Origin: an uncultured Alphaproteobacteria bacterium
GTDB lineage: Bacteria > Pseudomonadota > Alphaproteobacteria > Rhodobacterales > Rhodobacteraceae
DNA: 64,000 nt
Direction: 5' to 3'
Assembly: GCA_963700835.1 (NCBI GenBank)
Contig: CAVOZD010000025.1
Span: forward strand, 20,960 to 84,959
Positions 27,244 through 36,362 of this stretch are shown in pieces. A program made the translations under genes and the position numbers. Positions within the stretch are counted from its first letter, which is position 1. The number at the start of each line of letters is the position of its first letter. The notes beneath the pieces are model-generated. The model worked only from the letters and a program-made list of their open reading frames with translations. It was not told the DNA's origin and made no database searches.

Positions 27244-27642
27244 ATGGCCGACACGCTTCAGTTCGATCTGGTCAGCCCGGAGCGCAAGCTCGCGTCGCTC
27301 GAGGCTACGCAGGTGCAGATGCCGGGCATGAACGGCGATTTCGCCGTGATGCCGAACCACGCCCCGTTCCTGACCACTCTGCGACCCGGGGTGATCCGGA
27401 TCATGGCCGGCGGCCAGACCACCGAGTACCTGGTCACCGGCGGATTCGCCGAGGTCTCCGGGTCCGGGGCCAGCGTGCTCGCCGAGCGCGCGGTGCCGCT
27501 CGGCGAGGCCAGCGCCGAGATGCTCTCCGACCTGCTGGCCGAGGCCGAACGCGCCCGCGAGGCCGCGCCCGAGGCCGAACGGCAGGCCGCCGACCTCAGG
27601 GTGCGCGACGTCGCCACGCTGAAGTCGCAGCTCTCGCTCTGA
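27244..27642 (+). CDS. atpC: F1 ATP synthase subunit epsilon
   Basis: MADTLQFDLVSPE, PNHAPFLTTLRPG, GGFAEV. Confidence 0.96.
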   Translation: MADTLQFDLVSPERKLASLEATQVQMPGMNGDFAVMPNHAPFLTTLRPGVIRIMAGGQTTEYLVTGGFAEVSGSGASVLAERAVPLGEASAEMLSDLLAEAERAREAAPEAERQAADLRVRDVATLKSQLSL

Positions 27643-27662
27643 TCCACCCGCCGCGCGGCGGC

Positions 27663-28725
27663 TCAGCAGCCGACCCGCGCGCAGACGTGGCTGCGGAACA
27701 CCTCGTCCACCGTCTGTGGCGCGGCCTGCCCCGCCTCCGCTTCCGGCGGATCGCCCGGGCACACGGGCACGTAGCCCGGCGCGGCCCCGGCCCGGGCGCA
27801 GTCTGACACCGGCCAGCCCTCGGGTAGCGCATCGGGGCGCGTCGCGTCCCATTTGTCGTGTCCCATCCCGCGCAGCCGGTCGAGCCGGCTCAGCGTCAGG
27901 TTGGTCAGATCGGCGATGAATGCGCAACTCCCCGCCTGGTAGGCGTTGCGCTCCGGCTGGAAGTCGAAGGCGATCAGCACCGCCTGCACCGGCACGGTCG
28001 GCGTCGGCGCCGGCGCGAAGCCGTAAAGACCCCCGGGGATCGCCGCCGTCCCGTAGGCGGACCGCAGGGCCGGCGTGTCGACCGGTGCGAGATGGAAGCG
28101 CTCGGGATCGAGTTCCGGCCCCGGCCAGGAGCGGGATCGGCGCGCCGCCGACCAGCATCGCCGCGTCGACTTCGCCGGCCTCCAGAAGCGCCAGCGCCTC
28201 GTCGCCGCCGACCTCGACCAGCTCCGCCGGCGCCGTCTCGGCCAGATCGAGCGCGAGGCGGCTGGTCAGGTTGCCCCCGTCGAGCGGGTCGCCGATCGCC
28301 ACCCGCGCGCCCTCCAGATCGCCGATCCCCGCGATCGACCGGGCCGCGACCAGGTGCAACTCCTCGTCGAAGAGCGGCAGCACCACCGTGATCCCGCGCG
28401 CCGCTTCGGCCACGCCGGGGTCCTCGGCCGCGAAGGTGCGATAGAACTCCAGCACGTCGGCGTTGACGATCCCGACCTGGGTGGCGCGCCGCTCGCGCAT
28501 CGCCTGGAAATTCTCGATCCCGCCGGCCGTCTCCAGCACTCCCAGCGTCCGCCCGCATTCCGCCGCCAACGCCGCGAGATCGGCGCCGATGCGGGCGGAT
28601 GTGGAGCCCGCCGGGCCGGTGGCGATGTTGGTCTCGACCGGCTGGGCCGTGGCGCCCCACGCCGCCATGGCGGCGAGCGCCATCGCGCCCGACGCGGTGA
28701 GCCGGCGCGTGCGCCTCCCGCCCAT
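27663..28725 (-). pseudogene. TAXI-family solute-binding protein with a Cys-rich tail and a +1 frameshift at 28119-28122 (or a sequencing error)
   Basis: IATGPAGST, TAGGIENF, PLFDEELHLVA, RVAIGDPLDG, AMLVGGAP; removing one G joins to ELDPERFHLAPV...PTVPVQAVLIAF; start overlaps the upstream stop (TGATG). Confidence 0.75.
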
Positions 28726-29699
28726 CAGCATCCCGATCCGAGACGGCGCACCAGCGCCGCCGCGGTCTGCCGATTCACCGACCCGACCGTGGCGCGCAGC
28801 GCGTCCGGAACGCAGGCGCCCGCGGCCAGCGCCTCCGCCAGCGCGGCGCGCGTCGCGCCGTCCGCCTCGGCCAGCCCCGGCGCGTCGTCCAGCGCGTCCG
28901 TCACCGGCGCCGCCCCCCGGGCCGGGCCATAGGCCACCTCGAACGTCGCCGCCTCGACCGCCGCAGGATCGTCCGCCGGCGCGGCCCCCGCATCGTCCGC
29001 CAGCGCCGCCGCGTCCGCCTGCGCGTCCAGCGTGCGCAGCGCCACCTGCCGCGCGGCGATCTCCCCGGCGAGCCGGTCCAGCTCGGCCTGCATCGCTCGC
29101 GCCTTCTCGGCCTGCGCCTCGGCCTCCGCTCCGCCCGGCGCTGCGGGCGCTTCCTCCACGGGCCGCTCCCCGGCCGCGGCGATGGCGTCCTCGAGCGCGG
29201 CGAGCGCCTCGGCGCGCTCGGCCACGCGCGTCTCGAGATCCGCCAGCGTCGTCTCGGCTTCGGCAATGCGCGTCTCGAGCCCGGCCAGCGTCTCCGCCGC
29301 CGCGGCGTCGGCTTCCTGGCGTCCCTCGTCGATCTCCGCGCGCAACGCCTCGAGCTCGGCCGCCGCCGCGTCTCGGCCCGCCTGCGCCGCAGTCTCCTCG
29401 GCGCGCAGCCGCTCGACCGTCGCAAGGCTGCCGTCGGCCGTCTCCAGGAGTTCCGCGAGCCGCGCCTCCGCGACCGCCGCGTCGGCCACGGCCCGTTCCA
29501 TGCGCTGGGCGGCGTTGGCGATGCGATCCTCGAGGATGCGGCGCTGCACCTCGAGTTCCGCGATCTCCGCGCGGATGATCGCCACGGTCTCCTCGGTCAT
29601 CGGAAGCGAGGGCTCCTGGGACGCCGCCGGCCCGGCGATCAGCGCCGCAAGGCCCGCCGCCCGGGCGCAGCCCCGCAGCCGCGATCCGCCCCGCCACAT
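28725..29699 (-). CDS. secreted Ala/Glu-rich coiled-coil protein with a small C-terminal Cys-pair domain
   Basis: Signal-like AAGLAALIAGPAASQE; long heptad-like segment; C-terminus GACVPDAL...LGSGC. Confidence 0.7.
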   Translation of the reverse strand: MWRGGSRLRGCARAAGLAALIAGPAASQEPSLPMTEETVAIIRAEIAELEVQRRILEDRIANAAQRMERAVADAAVAEARLAELLETADGSLATVERLRAEETAAQAGRDAAAAELEALRAEIDEGRQEADAAAAETLAGLETRIAEAETTLADLETRVAERAEALAALEDAIAAAGERPVEEAPAAPGGAEAEAQAEKARAMQAELDRLAGEIAARQVALRTLDAQADAAALADDAGAAPADDPAAVEAATFEVAYGPARGAAPVTDALDDAPGLAEADGATRAALAEALAAGACVPDALRATVGSVNRQTAAALVRRLGSGC

Positions 29700-29707
29700 G
29701 CGCCCGG

Positions 29708-30550
29708 TCAGTTTCCGATCCACAGGTCGAGCCGCCCGCGCTCGGTGTCGGGCAGGAGCTCGCCATAGTCGCGGATCACCACCTCGCGCCCGTCGGCCAG
29801 CATCGGCGCGACCAGAGCCGCCAGCGCCTCGGCCGCGGCGCGGTCCTCGGCGTGGTAATATCCGACCCGGCTCTGCACGATCTCGAAGGGCAGCGTCTCG
29901 ATCCGCGGCGCGCCATGTCCGGCCGCCTCCAGCGCGGCGGTGACGCGCGCGGCGAGGTCCGGGGGCACTTCCGCGCCGACCCGGAAGCGGATCGGAGTCT
30001 GCGCGATCGGCGGCGCCTCGGCGGGGGCGGCCGGGGTCGTCGTCTCCACCGCGCCCTGGGCGGCGATCTCCGCGACGACCGGCTCCTCGGCGGCCGGGAC
30101 GGTGCGATCGCGCACGCTCACGATCTGCGGCCGCAGCGCCAGGGCTGCGGCCACGATGCCGATCGCGACAAGGGCGCCGAAGGCGATCCAGGCCGCCATC
30201 CAGCGCGATCCGCGCGGCGCGGCGTAGGCGCTGCGCTGGTCGAACTCGGGCTGGGGCTGGAAGACGGGCTCCGCGCCGCCGGTCCACGAGGGCGGCGGCG
30301 CCAGCCCGGGCGGCGGTCCCGCCGGCGCGCCCGTCGACTTGGGCGCCGGTTCGGACGCAGGCGCCGGGCGCGGCGCGGTCGCGCCCGGACTGCGCCAGGG
30401 GCCGGAAACCGCCCCGGCCCGGATCCCGTCGCGCCTGCTCAGGTTCTCGGCGACGCCCGTCTGGGGCCGTCCGCGCGTGCCATCCACTTCAAGCCACCAA
30501 TTCTGCTGCTCCGGTCGCGCCCGCCACCCCTGACGAGCCGACATGCTCAC
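29708..30550 (-). CDS. membrane-anchored hypothetical protein; C-terminus resembles LytR_C-type domains
   Basis: Pro-rich N-terminus, one TM segment (WIAFGALVAIGIVAAALAL), C-terminal SRVGYYHAEDRAAAEALA...RDY...LDLWI; start uncertain. Confidence 0.6.
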   Translation of the reverse strand: MSMSARQGWRARPEQQNWWLEVDGTRGRPQTGVAENLSRRDGIRAGAVSGPWRSPGATAPRPAPASEPAPKSTGAPAGPPPGLAPPPSWTGGAEPVFQPQPEFDQRSAYAAPRGSRWMAAWIAFGALVAIGIVAAALALRPQIVSVRDRTVPAAEEPVVAEIAAQGAVETTTPAAPAEAPPIAQTPIRFRVGAEVPPDLAARVTAALEAAGHGAPRIETLPFEIVQSRVGYYHAEDRAAAEALAALVAPMLADGREVVIRDYGELLPDTERGRLDLWIGN

Positions 30551-30625
30551 AATAGCATAGTTTGCGCGCCGCGCGCTTCCAATCGGTGGTTTTGTGAATT
30601 GCTTAAGCCGTCAGGGCCGCTTTCT

Positions 30626-31858
30626 TCAGCCAGATGTTGCGTTGCGGTACCACTCGACGATGGCGCGGCGCTCCGCGGGCTCGATGCCGGTGACGTTACC
30701 CGGCGGCATGGCGTGCGAGCGCCCCGCCTGAAGATAGATCTCGCGGGCGTGGGCGGCGATCTGCGCCTCGGTCTCCAGCATCACGCCCTTGGGCGCGGTG
30801 ATCAGCCCCGGCCAGTAGACCTCCGCCGCGTGGCACATCGAACAGCGCCCGAGCACGGTCTCGGCCACCGCCTCGAACCCCTCGGCGCTGGCGAAGCGCA
30901 TCTCGCGCGGGCTCATGGCGACGGGCTCGGCCTCCTCCGCCGCCGGCGTGCCGGAGAAGGTCGAGAGCCACATGATCACCACGAAGATCACCGCCGTGGC
31001 CAGCCAGGTCCATTTCGGATCGCCCCTGCGGGCGTGCATCGAGTTGAAATAGTGCCGGATCGTCACGCCCATCAGGAACACCAGGCTCGCGATCAGCCAG
31101 TTGTATTGCGTGGCGAAGGCCAGCGGGTAGTGCGTGGACAGCATCAGGAAGATCACTGGCAGGGTGAGGTAGTTGTTGTGCGTCGAGCGCAGCTTGGCGA
31201 TCTTGCCGTATTTCGGGTCCGGCGTGCGCCCCGCCTTGAGGTCCTCCACCACGATCTTCTGGTTGGGGATGATCACCAGGAACACGTTCGCGGTCATGAT
31301 CGTGGCGGTGAACGCGCCCAGATGCACGAGCGCCGCCCGCCCCGAGAACACCTGCGTATAGCCCCAGGCCATGACGACCAGCACGACGAAGAGCAGGAGC
31401 ATCAGCACCGTCGGCCGCTCGCCCAGCCCCGACTTGCAGAGCTGGTCGTAGACCACCCAGCCCAGCGCCAGCGACGCCAGCGAGATCAGGATCGCCAGCG
31501 GCGCGCCGACGTCGAACACCGTCCGGTCGATCAGGAAGAGATCCGCCCCGAGATAGTAGACCAGAACCAGCATCGCGAAGCCCGAGAGCCAGGTCGCGTA
31601 GCTCTCCCACTTGAACCAGGTCAGGTGCTCGGGCAGCCGCTCGGGCGCCACCAGATACTTCTGGATGTGGTAGAAGCCGCCGCCGTGCACCTGCCACTCC
31701 TCGCCCGACGCGCCCGGCGGCATGTCCGGGGCCCTGGTCAGGCCAAGGTCGAGCGCAATGAAGTAGAACGACGAGCCGATCCATGCGATGGCGGTGATGA
31801 CGTGGACCCAGCGGGTCGCGAAGGTCAGCCAGTCCATGATGATGGCGAAATCGTACAT
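30626..31858 (-). CDS. puuD: urate hydroxylase PuuD (membrane protein with C-terminal cytochrome c)
   Basis: RWVHVITAIAWIGSSFYF, WQVHGGGFY, RSTHNNYLTLP, CSMCH haem motif. Confidence 0.93.
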   Translation of the reverse strand: MYDFAIIMDWLTFATRWVHVITAIAWIGSSFYFIALDLGLTRAPDMPPGASGEEWQVHGGGFYHIQKYLVAPERLPEHLTWFKWESYATWLSGFAMLVLVYYLGADLFLIDRTVFDVGAPLAILISLASLALGWVVYDQLCKSGLGERPTVLMLLLFVVLVVMAWGYTQVFSGRAALVHLGAFTATIMTANVFLVIIPNQKIVVEDLKAGRTPDPKYGKIAKLRSTHNNYLTLPVIFLMLSTHYPLAFATQYNWLIASLVFLMGVTIRHYFNSMHARRGDPKWTWLATAVIFVVIMWLSTFSGTPAAEEAEPVAMSPREMRFASAEGFEAVAETVLGRCSMCHAAEVYWPGLITAPKGVMLETEAQIAAHAREIYLQAGRSHAMPPGNVTGIEPAERRAIVEWYRNATSG

Positions 31859-31985
31859 GCGTGCGCTCCCCGGGGCTTCGCCGCGAACCATCGCCGGAAT
31901 CCCCGCGCCGGGCAACGCGCCGCGCGGTCCGATCACTTTCAAATGCCGCTTGATAATGTCGCGCCCGGGCGTAGCCTCCGGGCCC

Positions 31986-32921
31986 ATGTCCTACGTCGCC
32001 ACCCTGCGGACCTTCGTGCGGGTCCACGAACTGGGCTCCATGTCCGCCGCCGCCCGCGACCAGCGCATCTCCGCCGCCGTCGCCTCCGCGCGCATCGGCG
32101 AGCTGGAGAAGCATCTCGGCGTGCGGCTCTTCAACCGCACCACCCGCAGCCTGCGCCCGACCGAGCAGGGCGAGATCTTCTACGCCGGCGCCCAGCGCAT
32201 CCTCGAGGCGATCGACGCCGCCGAGGCCGAGGTCGCGGAGGTTTCGCGCAATCCCCGCGGCTCGATCCACGTCGCCGCGCCGCTGGGCATCGGCAAGCGG
32301 CTGATCGCGCCGCTGATCCCGCGCTTCCGCGACGCCTATCCCGACATCGACGTGCGCCTGCGCCTCTCCGACCGCCGCCTCGACGTCACCGGCGAAGGGC
32401 TCGACGTGGTGTTCGCGCTCGGGGTGCTGGAGGATTCCAACCTCCGCATCCGCCCGATCGCCGACTGCGCCCGGGCGCTCTGCGCGTCGCCCGCCTATGT
32501 CGCCCGGCGCGGGACCCCGCGCAGCGGTGACGACCTGCTGGCGCAGGGCCACGACTGCCTGCTGCTGCGCTATCCCGGGGCGCCTGAATTCGCCTGGACG
32601 CTCGCCACGCAGACGGGCCCGCGCCGCTTCGACGTCTCCGGCAGCCTTGAGAGCGACGACGGCGACGTGCTCACCGGCTGGGCGCTCGACGGGCGCGGCA
32701 TCGTCCTGAAGCCGCTCTTCGAGGTGACCGGCCACCTTGCCCGGGGCGAGTTCGTCATCGTCGCCGCCGAGACCCCGCCGCTCGACGCCCAGCTCGCCTG
32801 CCTCTACCCGCACAAGCGCCTGCAGGACCCCAAGGCCCGGCTCTTCATCGACTTCATGGTCGCCGGGGTGCGCGAGAGCCTCGCCGCCCTGCTCGCGGCC
32901 GCGCCCGAGCGCGTCGCCTGA
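31986..32921 (+). CDS. LysR-family regulator, divergent from puuD
   Basis: ELGSMSAAAR...LGVRLFNRTTRSLRPTE. Confidence 0.92.
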   Translation: MSYVATLRTFVRVHELGSMSAAARDQRISAAVASARIGELEKHLGVRLFNRTTRSLRPTEQGEIFYAGAQRILEAIDAAEAEVAEVSRNPRGSIHVAAPLGIGKRLIAPLIPRFRDAYPDIDVRLRLSDRRLDVTGEGLDVVFALGVLEDSNLRIRPIADCARALCASPAYVARRGTPRSGDDLLAQGHDCLLLRYPGAPEFAWTLATQTGPRRFDVSGSLESDDGDVLTGWALDGRGIVLKPLFEVTGHLARGEFVIVAAETPPLDAQLACLYPHKRLQDPKARLFIDFMVAGVRESLAALLAAAPERVA

Positions 32922-33006
32922 GCCGGGGCGCCGCGCGGTCCTCGGCCCGGATCCGCAACGCCGCCCGAACCGGTGCATTCTCCCGGCGAACAGCCCGGAG
33001 ACGCCC

Positions 33007-33891
33007 ATGCCCGATTCGCCCGAGATCCGCCGCACTCCCCTCGCCGAGATCGACCCCGCCGCCCTCGCCCGCGACCGCATCGCCTCGGACCCCGAGGCCC
33101 AGCGCGAGCTGCGCGATTCGATCCTGAAGTCCGGCCTGCGCATGCCGATCGAGGTCTACGCCTTCCCCGAGACCCGCGGCGCCTTCCGCTTCGGCCTCGT
33201 CTCCGGCTTCCGCCGCCTCGCCGCGTTCCGCGAGCTTCTCGAAGCGTTCGGGGTCGAGGACTGCGCCAGCATCCCCGCCTTCGTGCGGACCCCCGCCGAC
33301 CGCGCCGAGGCGATGGCCGCAATGGTCGAGGAGAACGCCGTGCGCGCCGACATCTCGCCCTGGGAGCGCGCCCGCGTCGCCGTCGAGGCCGCCCATGTCG
33401 GCATCTATGGCACCGTCGAGGAGGCGGTGGAGCACCTCTTTCCCACCGCGAACGCCATGAAGCGCGCGCGCATCCGCGCCGTCGCCCGCGTGGTCGAGGT
33501 GCTCGACGGCGCGCTCACCGAGCCCGAGCGGTTGTCGCTGCGCCAGCTGCTGCGCCTCTCCGGCGCGATCCGCGACGGCTTCGGCGAGCCGCTCGAGGTG
33601 GCGCTGCGCCAGACCCGGCTGCGCGACCGCGACAGCCAGTGGGCGGCGATGCTGCCCTATCTGGTGGAGGCCGAGCGCTTCGCCGCGCGCGACGACGGCC
33701 CCGACTCCGCCGCGCCCGCCCTCGAGACCCGCGGCCGCCCGCGCCGCGTGCTCAAGCCGCGCCCGCATCTCGTCGTGCGCCGCGAGATCTCCCGCGAGGG
33801 CTACATCCTGCGCTTCACCGGCAAGGAGGCCACGTCGAGCCTGCTCGACGAGGTGCTCGACGAGATCGAGCGCTGGTTCTCGCCGGGGTGA
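33007..33891 (+). CDS. orphan ParB N-terminal-domain protein, similar to plasmid ParBs
   Basis: ARDRI...LRDSILKSGLRMPIEV...GLVSGFRRLAA (ParB Arg patch), VEENAVRADISPWE. Confidence 0.85.
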   Translation: MPDSPEIRRTPLAEIDPAALARDRIASDPEAQRELRDSILKSGLRMPIEVYAFPETRGAFRFGLVSGFRRLAAFRELLEAFGVEDCASIPAFVRTPADRAEAMAAMVEENAVRADISPWERARVAVEAAHVGIYGTVEEAVEHLFPTANAMKRARIRAVARVVEVLDGALTEPERLSLRQLLRLSGAIRDGFGEPLEVALRQTRLRDRDSQWAAMLPYLVEAERFAARDDGPDSAAPALETRGRPRRVLKPRPHLVVRREISREGYILRFTGKEATSSLLDEVLDEIERWFSPG

Positions 33892-33917
33892 GCGGCGGGC
33901 GCGGCGTCGAACCCGGC

Positions 33918-34068
33918 CCGCCTGGCGGCCACGCCGGGCGGCGCCCGCCTGCCCCCGCGGCAGGCGCTTTCGCGCCCGCCCAGGCAGGCGCCGGCCTCTG
34001 CGCGAAGCTCAACGGTTGAAGGCGATCTGCGCATCCTGGTCAAGCGCAGCCCTCGGCGACGACGCGCC
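33918..34068 (+). repeat. hairpin repeat family, copy A (~150 bp)
   Basis: Direct repeat of 36207-36362; by manual alignment 90 of the first 97 nt are identical, plus an identical 21-nt block atcctggtcaagcgcagccct. Confidence 0.92.
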
Positions 34069-34200
34069 CCGCCCCGGCCGGACTGTCCTCTTATGCGGAA
34101 CGCGCGCCGCCGGCCCGACGGTGTCGGGTCGGGCGCCGCCCTCCTTTCCCCGCGCCTCGCTCTTGGCGAAGACCTGATGCTCGACGCTCGAGACGCGAAA

Positions 34201-34267
34201 CGGCTTCGCGTCCGGTGGAGACCCGCGATGCGCCGGCCTGCAACCGGCGCCCCGCGGACCGAAGCCG
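34201..34267. other. long hairpin with one extrahelical base (attC-like shape)
   Basis: cggcttcg(c)gtccg pairs with cggaccgaagccg, 13 bp with a bulged C at 34209; inner stem gcgccgg-N7-ccggcgc. Confidence 0.55.
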
Positions 34268-34322
34268 CCGGTCACGCGACATTTCACTTGGTCTTCACAG
34301 GCCGCCGCGGCTGACAGCTCTG

Positions 34323-34892
34323 ATGGGCTACGACTACGACAAGCTGTACGGCGAGACCCGCGACGCCTTGGGTCCGCCTGCGGCCGCCATCGTCGATTTT
34401 TTCGACCAGTATGAGCGGCGGAATGCACCTGTTCTGGACGTGGGATGCGGTCAGGGCCGCGACGCAGTCTTCATCGCGCGGCGCGGCCACCGTGTCGTCG
34501 GGGTGGACCTCTCTGCGAACGGCATCCGCGATCTGCGAGCGGTCGCGGGACCGGAGCGCCTCGCCGTCGAGGCGATCGTCGCGGACATCGAGGACGACAC
34601 GCCGTCCGGCGCATTCGATGTCATCTTGATCGATCGCACCCTGCACATGCTGACGCGGGACGCGCAGTTCTCGGTCCTCTCGACCCTGCTCGATCACGTG
34701 TCCCAGAACGGCTGGGTGCTGATCGCCGACGAGGAGTCGAACATCGACGGCTTTCAAGGCGTCATCGCCGCCGATCGTCGGGACCGGACAGTCGAACACC
34801 GGCAGCGAGGCCATCTGTTCGTGCGCCGCGCGCTGGACGAAGGTTCACGTCGGGACGGAGACCAGCGTGAGGCCTGGGAACCAGACGTCTGA
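34323..34892 (+). CDS. class I SAM-dependent methyltransferase (TehB-like)
   Basis: VLDVGCGQGRDAVFIARRG...VGVDLS...FDVIL. Confidence 0.85.
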   Translation: MGYDYDKLYGETRDALGPPAAAIVDFFDQYERRNAPVLDVGCGQGRDAVFIARRGHRVVGVDLSANGIRDLRAVAGPERLAVEAIVADIEDDTPSGAFDVILIDRTLHMLTRDAQFSVLSTLLDHVSQNGWVLIADEESNIDGFQGVIAADRRDRTVEHRQRGHLFVRRALDEGSRRDGDQREAWEPDV

Positions 34893-34969
34893 TCCTGACC
34901 ACCAGCTACCTCGGCCACCAATTCCCGCCACCCCGCGACCCGCCCGAGCCGGCGGTCCGGCCAGCCTCC

Positions 34970-36046
34970 TCATCGCACCGCGCTCGGCGCAACGCATGCG
35001 CGCCTCTCGTCCGTCAGGGAAACATCTCCCGAAGCCGAAAGCCACTCCGGAGCATCCGCGCCGGGCTCCGCCGGCGCTTCGCCGCTCTTCGCGTCGAGCG
35101 ATCCGATCGCCACGTCGCCGACAGCCCAGAGCACATTCGCGAAGGCGAAGGTGGCGCCGGCGGCCGTTCCTGTCGCCAGCGCCAACGCGCCCGTGATCAC
35201 ACGCCAGGGCAGCCGCGCCAGCATGCTGGTGACGAACGGCTGCTCCTGCTTCACGCGGCGGGGAATCCAGAAAAGGCCGGGGTGGACAAGCCAGCGGATG
35301 CACCAGCCAACGCCGGGGTCGAGCTTCCGGGCCATCCAGCCGGCGACGGCGCCGGTCGATGACAGGAGCGTCGCCACGACACCGCCCCGCATGCCGCCCA
35401 CATCCCTGGTCTCGCGCGCCGCCTCGATGGCGTAGCATCCGCCCTGGTAGGTCAGCAGGCCGGCGGCGGCGACGAACACCCCGGACAGAAACGTCGCGGC
35501 GCTGAGCGCCAGTCCGGTTCCGCCGGGTCCGAACAGCTGCACCGCGAGAACCATCACACCGGCCCCCGCGAGCGCCAGACCGCCGAGCGACAGGGCCAGT
35601 CCGCCCAGTTTCAGCAACAGGGGGAAATTCGCCGCCCCGCGCATCAGGCAGGAGCCCACGACAAAGGCGCAGGCCGCGACGGTGAACAGATTGGCGTTGC
35701 TGACCAGTGCATAACCCAGAAGCCCCAGCGCCAGCGGCACCGCGAGCGCGTTCACCGCGTCCGCCGCCATCGCTCCGAAGCGTCGGCGCACCGCGTTGCC
35801 GAGCGGATAGGCGATCACGACGATCGCGATCACGCCAAGGGTGGCGAAGACCTCCGGGGCCTGTCGCGCCAGCCACAGGATCGCCGCGGCCGGCGACGCG
35901 CCGCCTGTCCTGTAGGCGTCGGCCAGGCTGTCAAGAAACGCTCTGATCCCGCCGGCGCCGGTGATCGACGCGATGACGTTGCCGGTCTCGTATCCCCAGA
36001 ACTGGATCTCGAAACTGTGCCGTTTCATCCGATTGAAGTTCATCGA
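34970..36046 (-). CDS. hypothetical multi-pass membrane protein
   Basis: Roughly 7-8 hydrophobic segments in a 350+ aa ORF; start uncertain (36046 or 36028). Confidence 0.65.
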   Translation of the reverse strand, partial: SMNFNRMKRHSFEIQFWGYETGNVIASITGAGGIRAFLDSLADAYRTGGASPAAAILWLARQAPEVFATLGVIAIVVIAYPLGNAVRRRFGAMAADAVNALAVPLALGLLGYALVSNANLFTVAACAFVVGSCLMRGAANFPLLLKLGGLALSLGGLALAGAGVMVLAVQLFGPGGTGLALSAATFLSGVFVAAAGLLTYQGGCYAIEAARETRDVGGMRGGVVATLLSSTGAVAGWMARKLDPGVGWCIRWLVHPGLFWIPRRVKQEQPFVTSMLARLPWRVITGALALATGTAAGATFAFANVLWAVGDVAIGSLDAKSGEAPAEPGADAPEWLSASGDVSLTDERRACVAPSAVR

Positions 36047-36206
36047 GGACCATCTCCGAAATATTGAATGGCCAACAGGAAGCGGAAAGACGCACAGACG
36101 GTTAATGCCAAAAAAGAAGGCGGACTGCTCAGTCATATAGCATGACGTGGCGGGTCTGTCTGTGGTCTCTGTTCCGGTCCGTGTGGCGACCCGCGCCCCA
36201 CCCTTT

Positions 36207-36362
36207 CCGCCTGGCGGCCACGCCGGGCAGCGCCTGCCTGCCCCCGTGGAAGGCGCTTTCGCGCCCGCCCAGGCAGGCGCCGCCCTCTTCGCGAAGCTCG
36301 ACGTTGGACGGCAAGGGTCAGAGTATCCTGGTCAAGCGCAGCCCTGGGCGACGCGACGCGCC
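36207..36362 (+). repeat. hairpin repeat family, copy B (~155 bp)
   Basis: See copy A; begins ccgcctggcggccacgccgggc. Confidence 0.92.

Noticed and set aside
28725-30287. 520-aa ORF suggesting a fusion
   Set aside because: The first ~195 aa are an off-frame shadow of the 29708-30550 gene; the real start is probably 29699, with a signal peptide.
33918-36362. CRISPR array or canonical integron interpretation of the repeats
   Set aside because: Only two long copies 2.1 kb apart, no regular spacers, no cas or intI gene, no attC core motifs.
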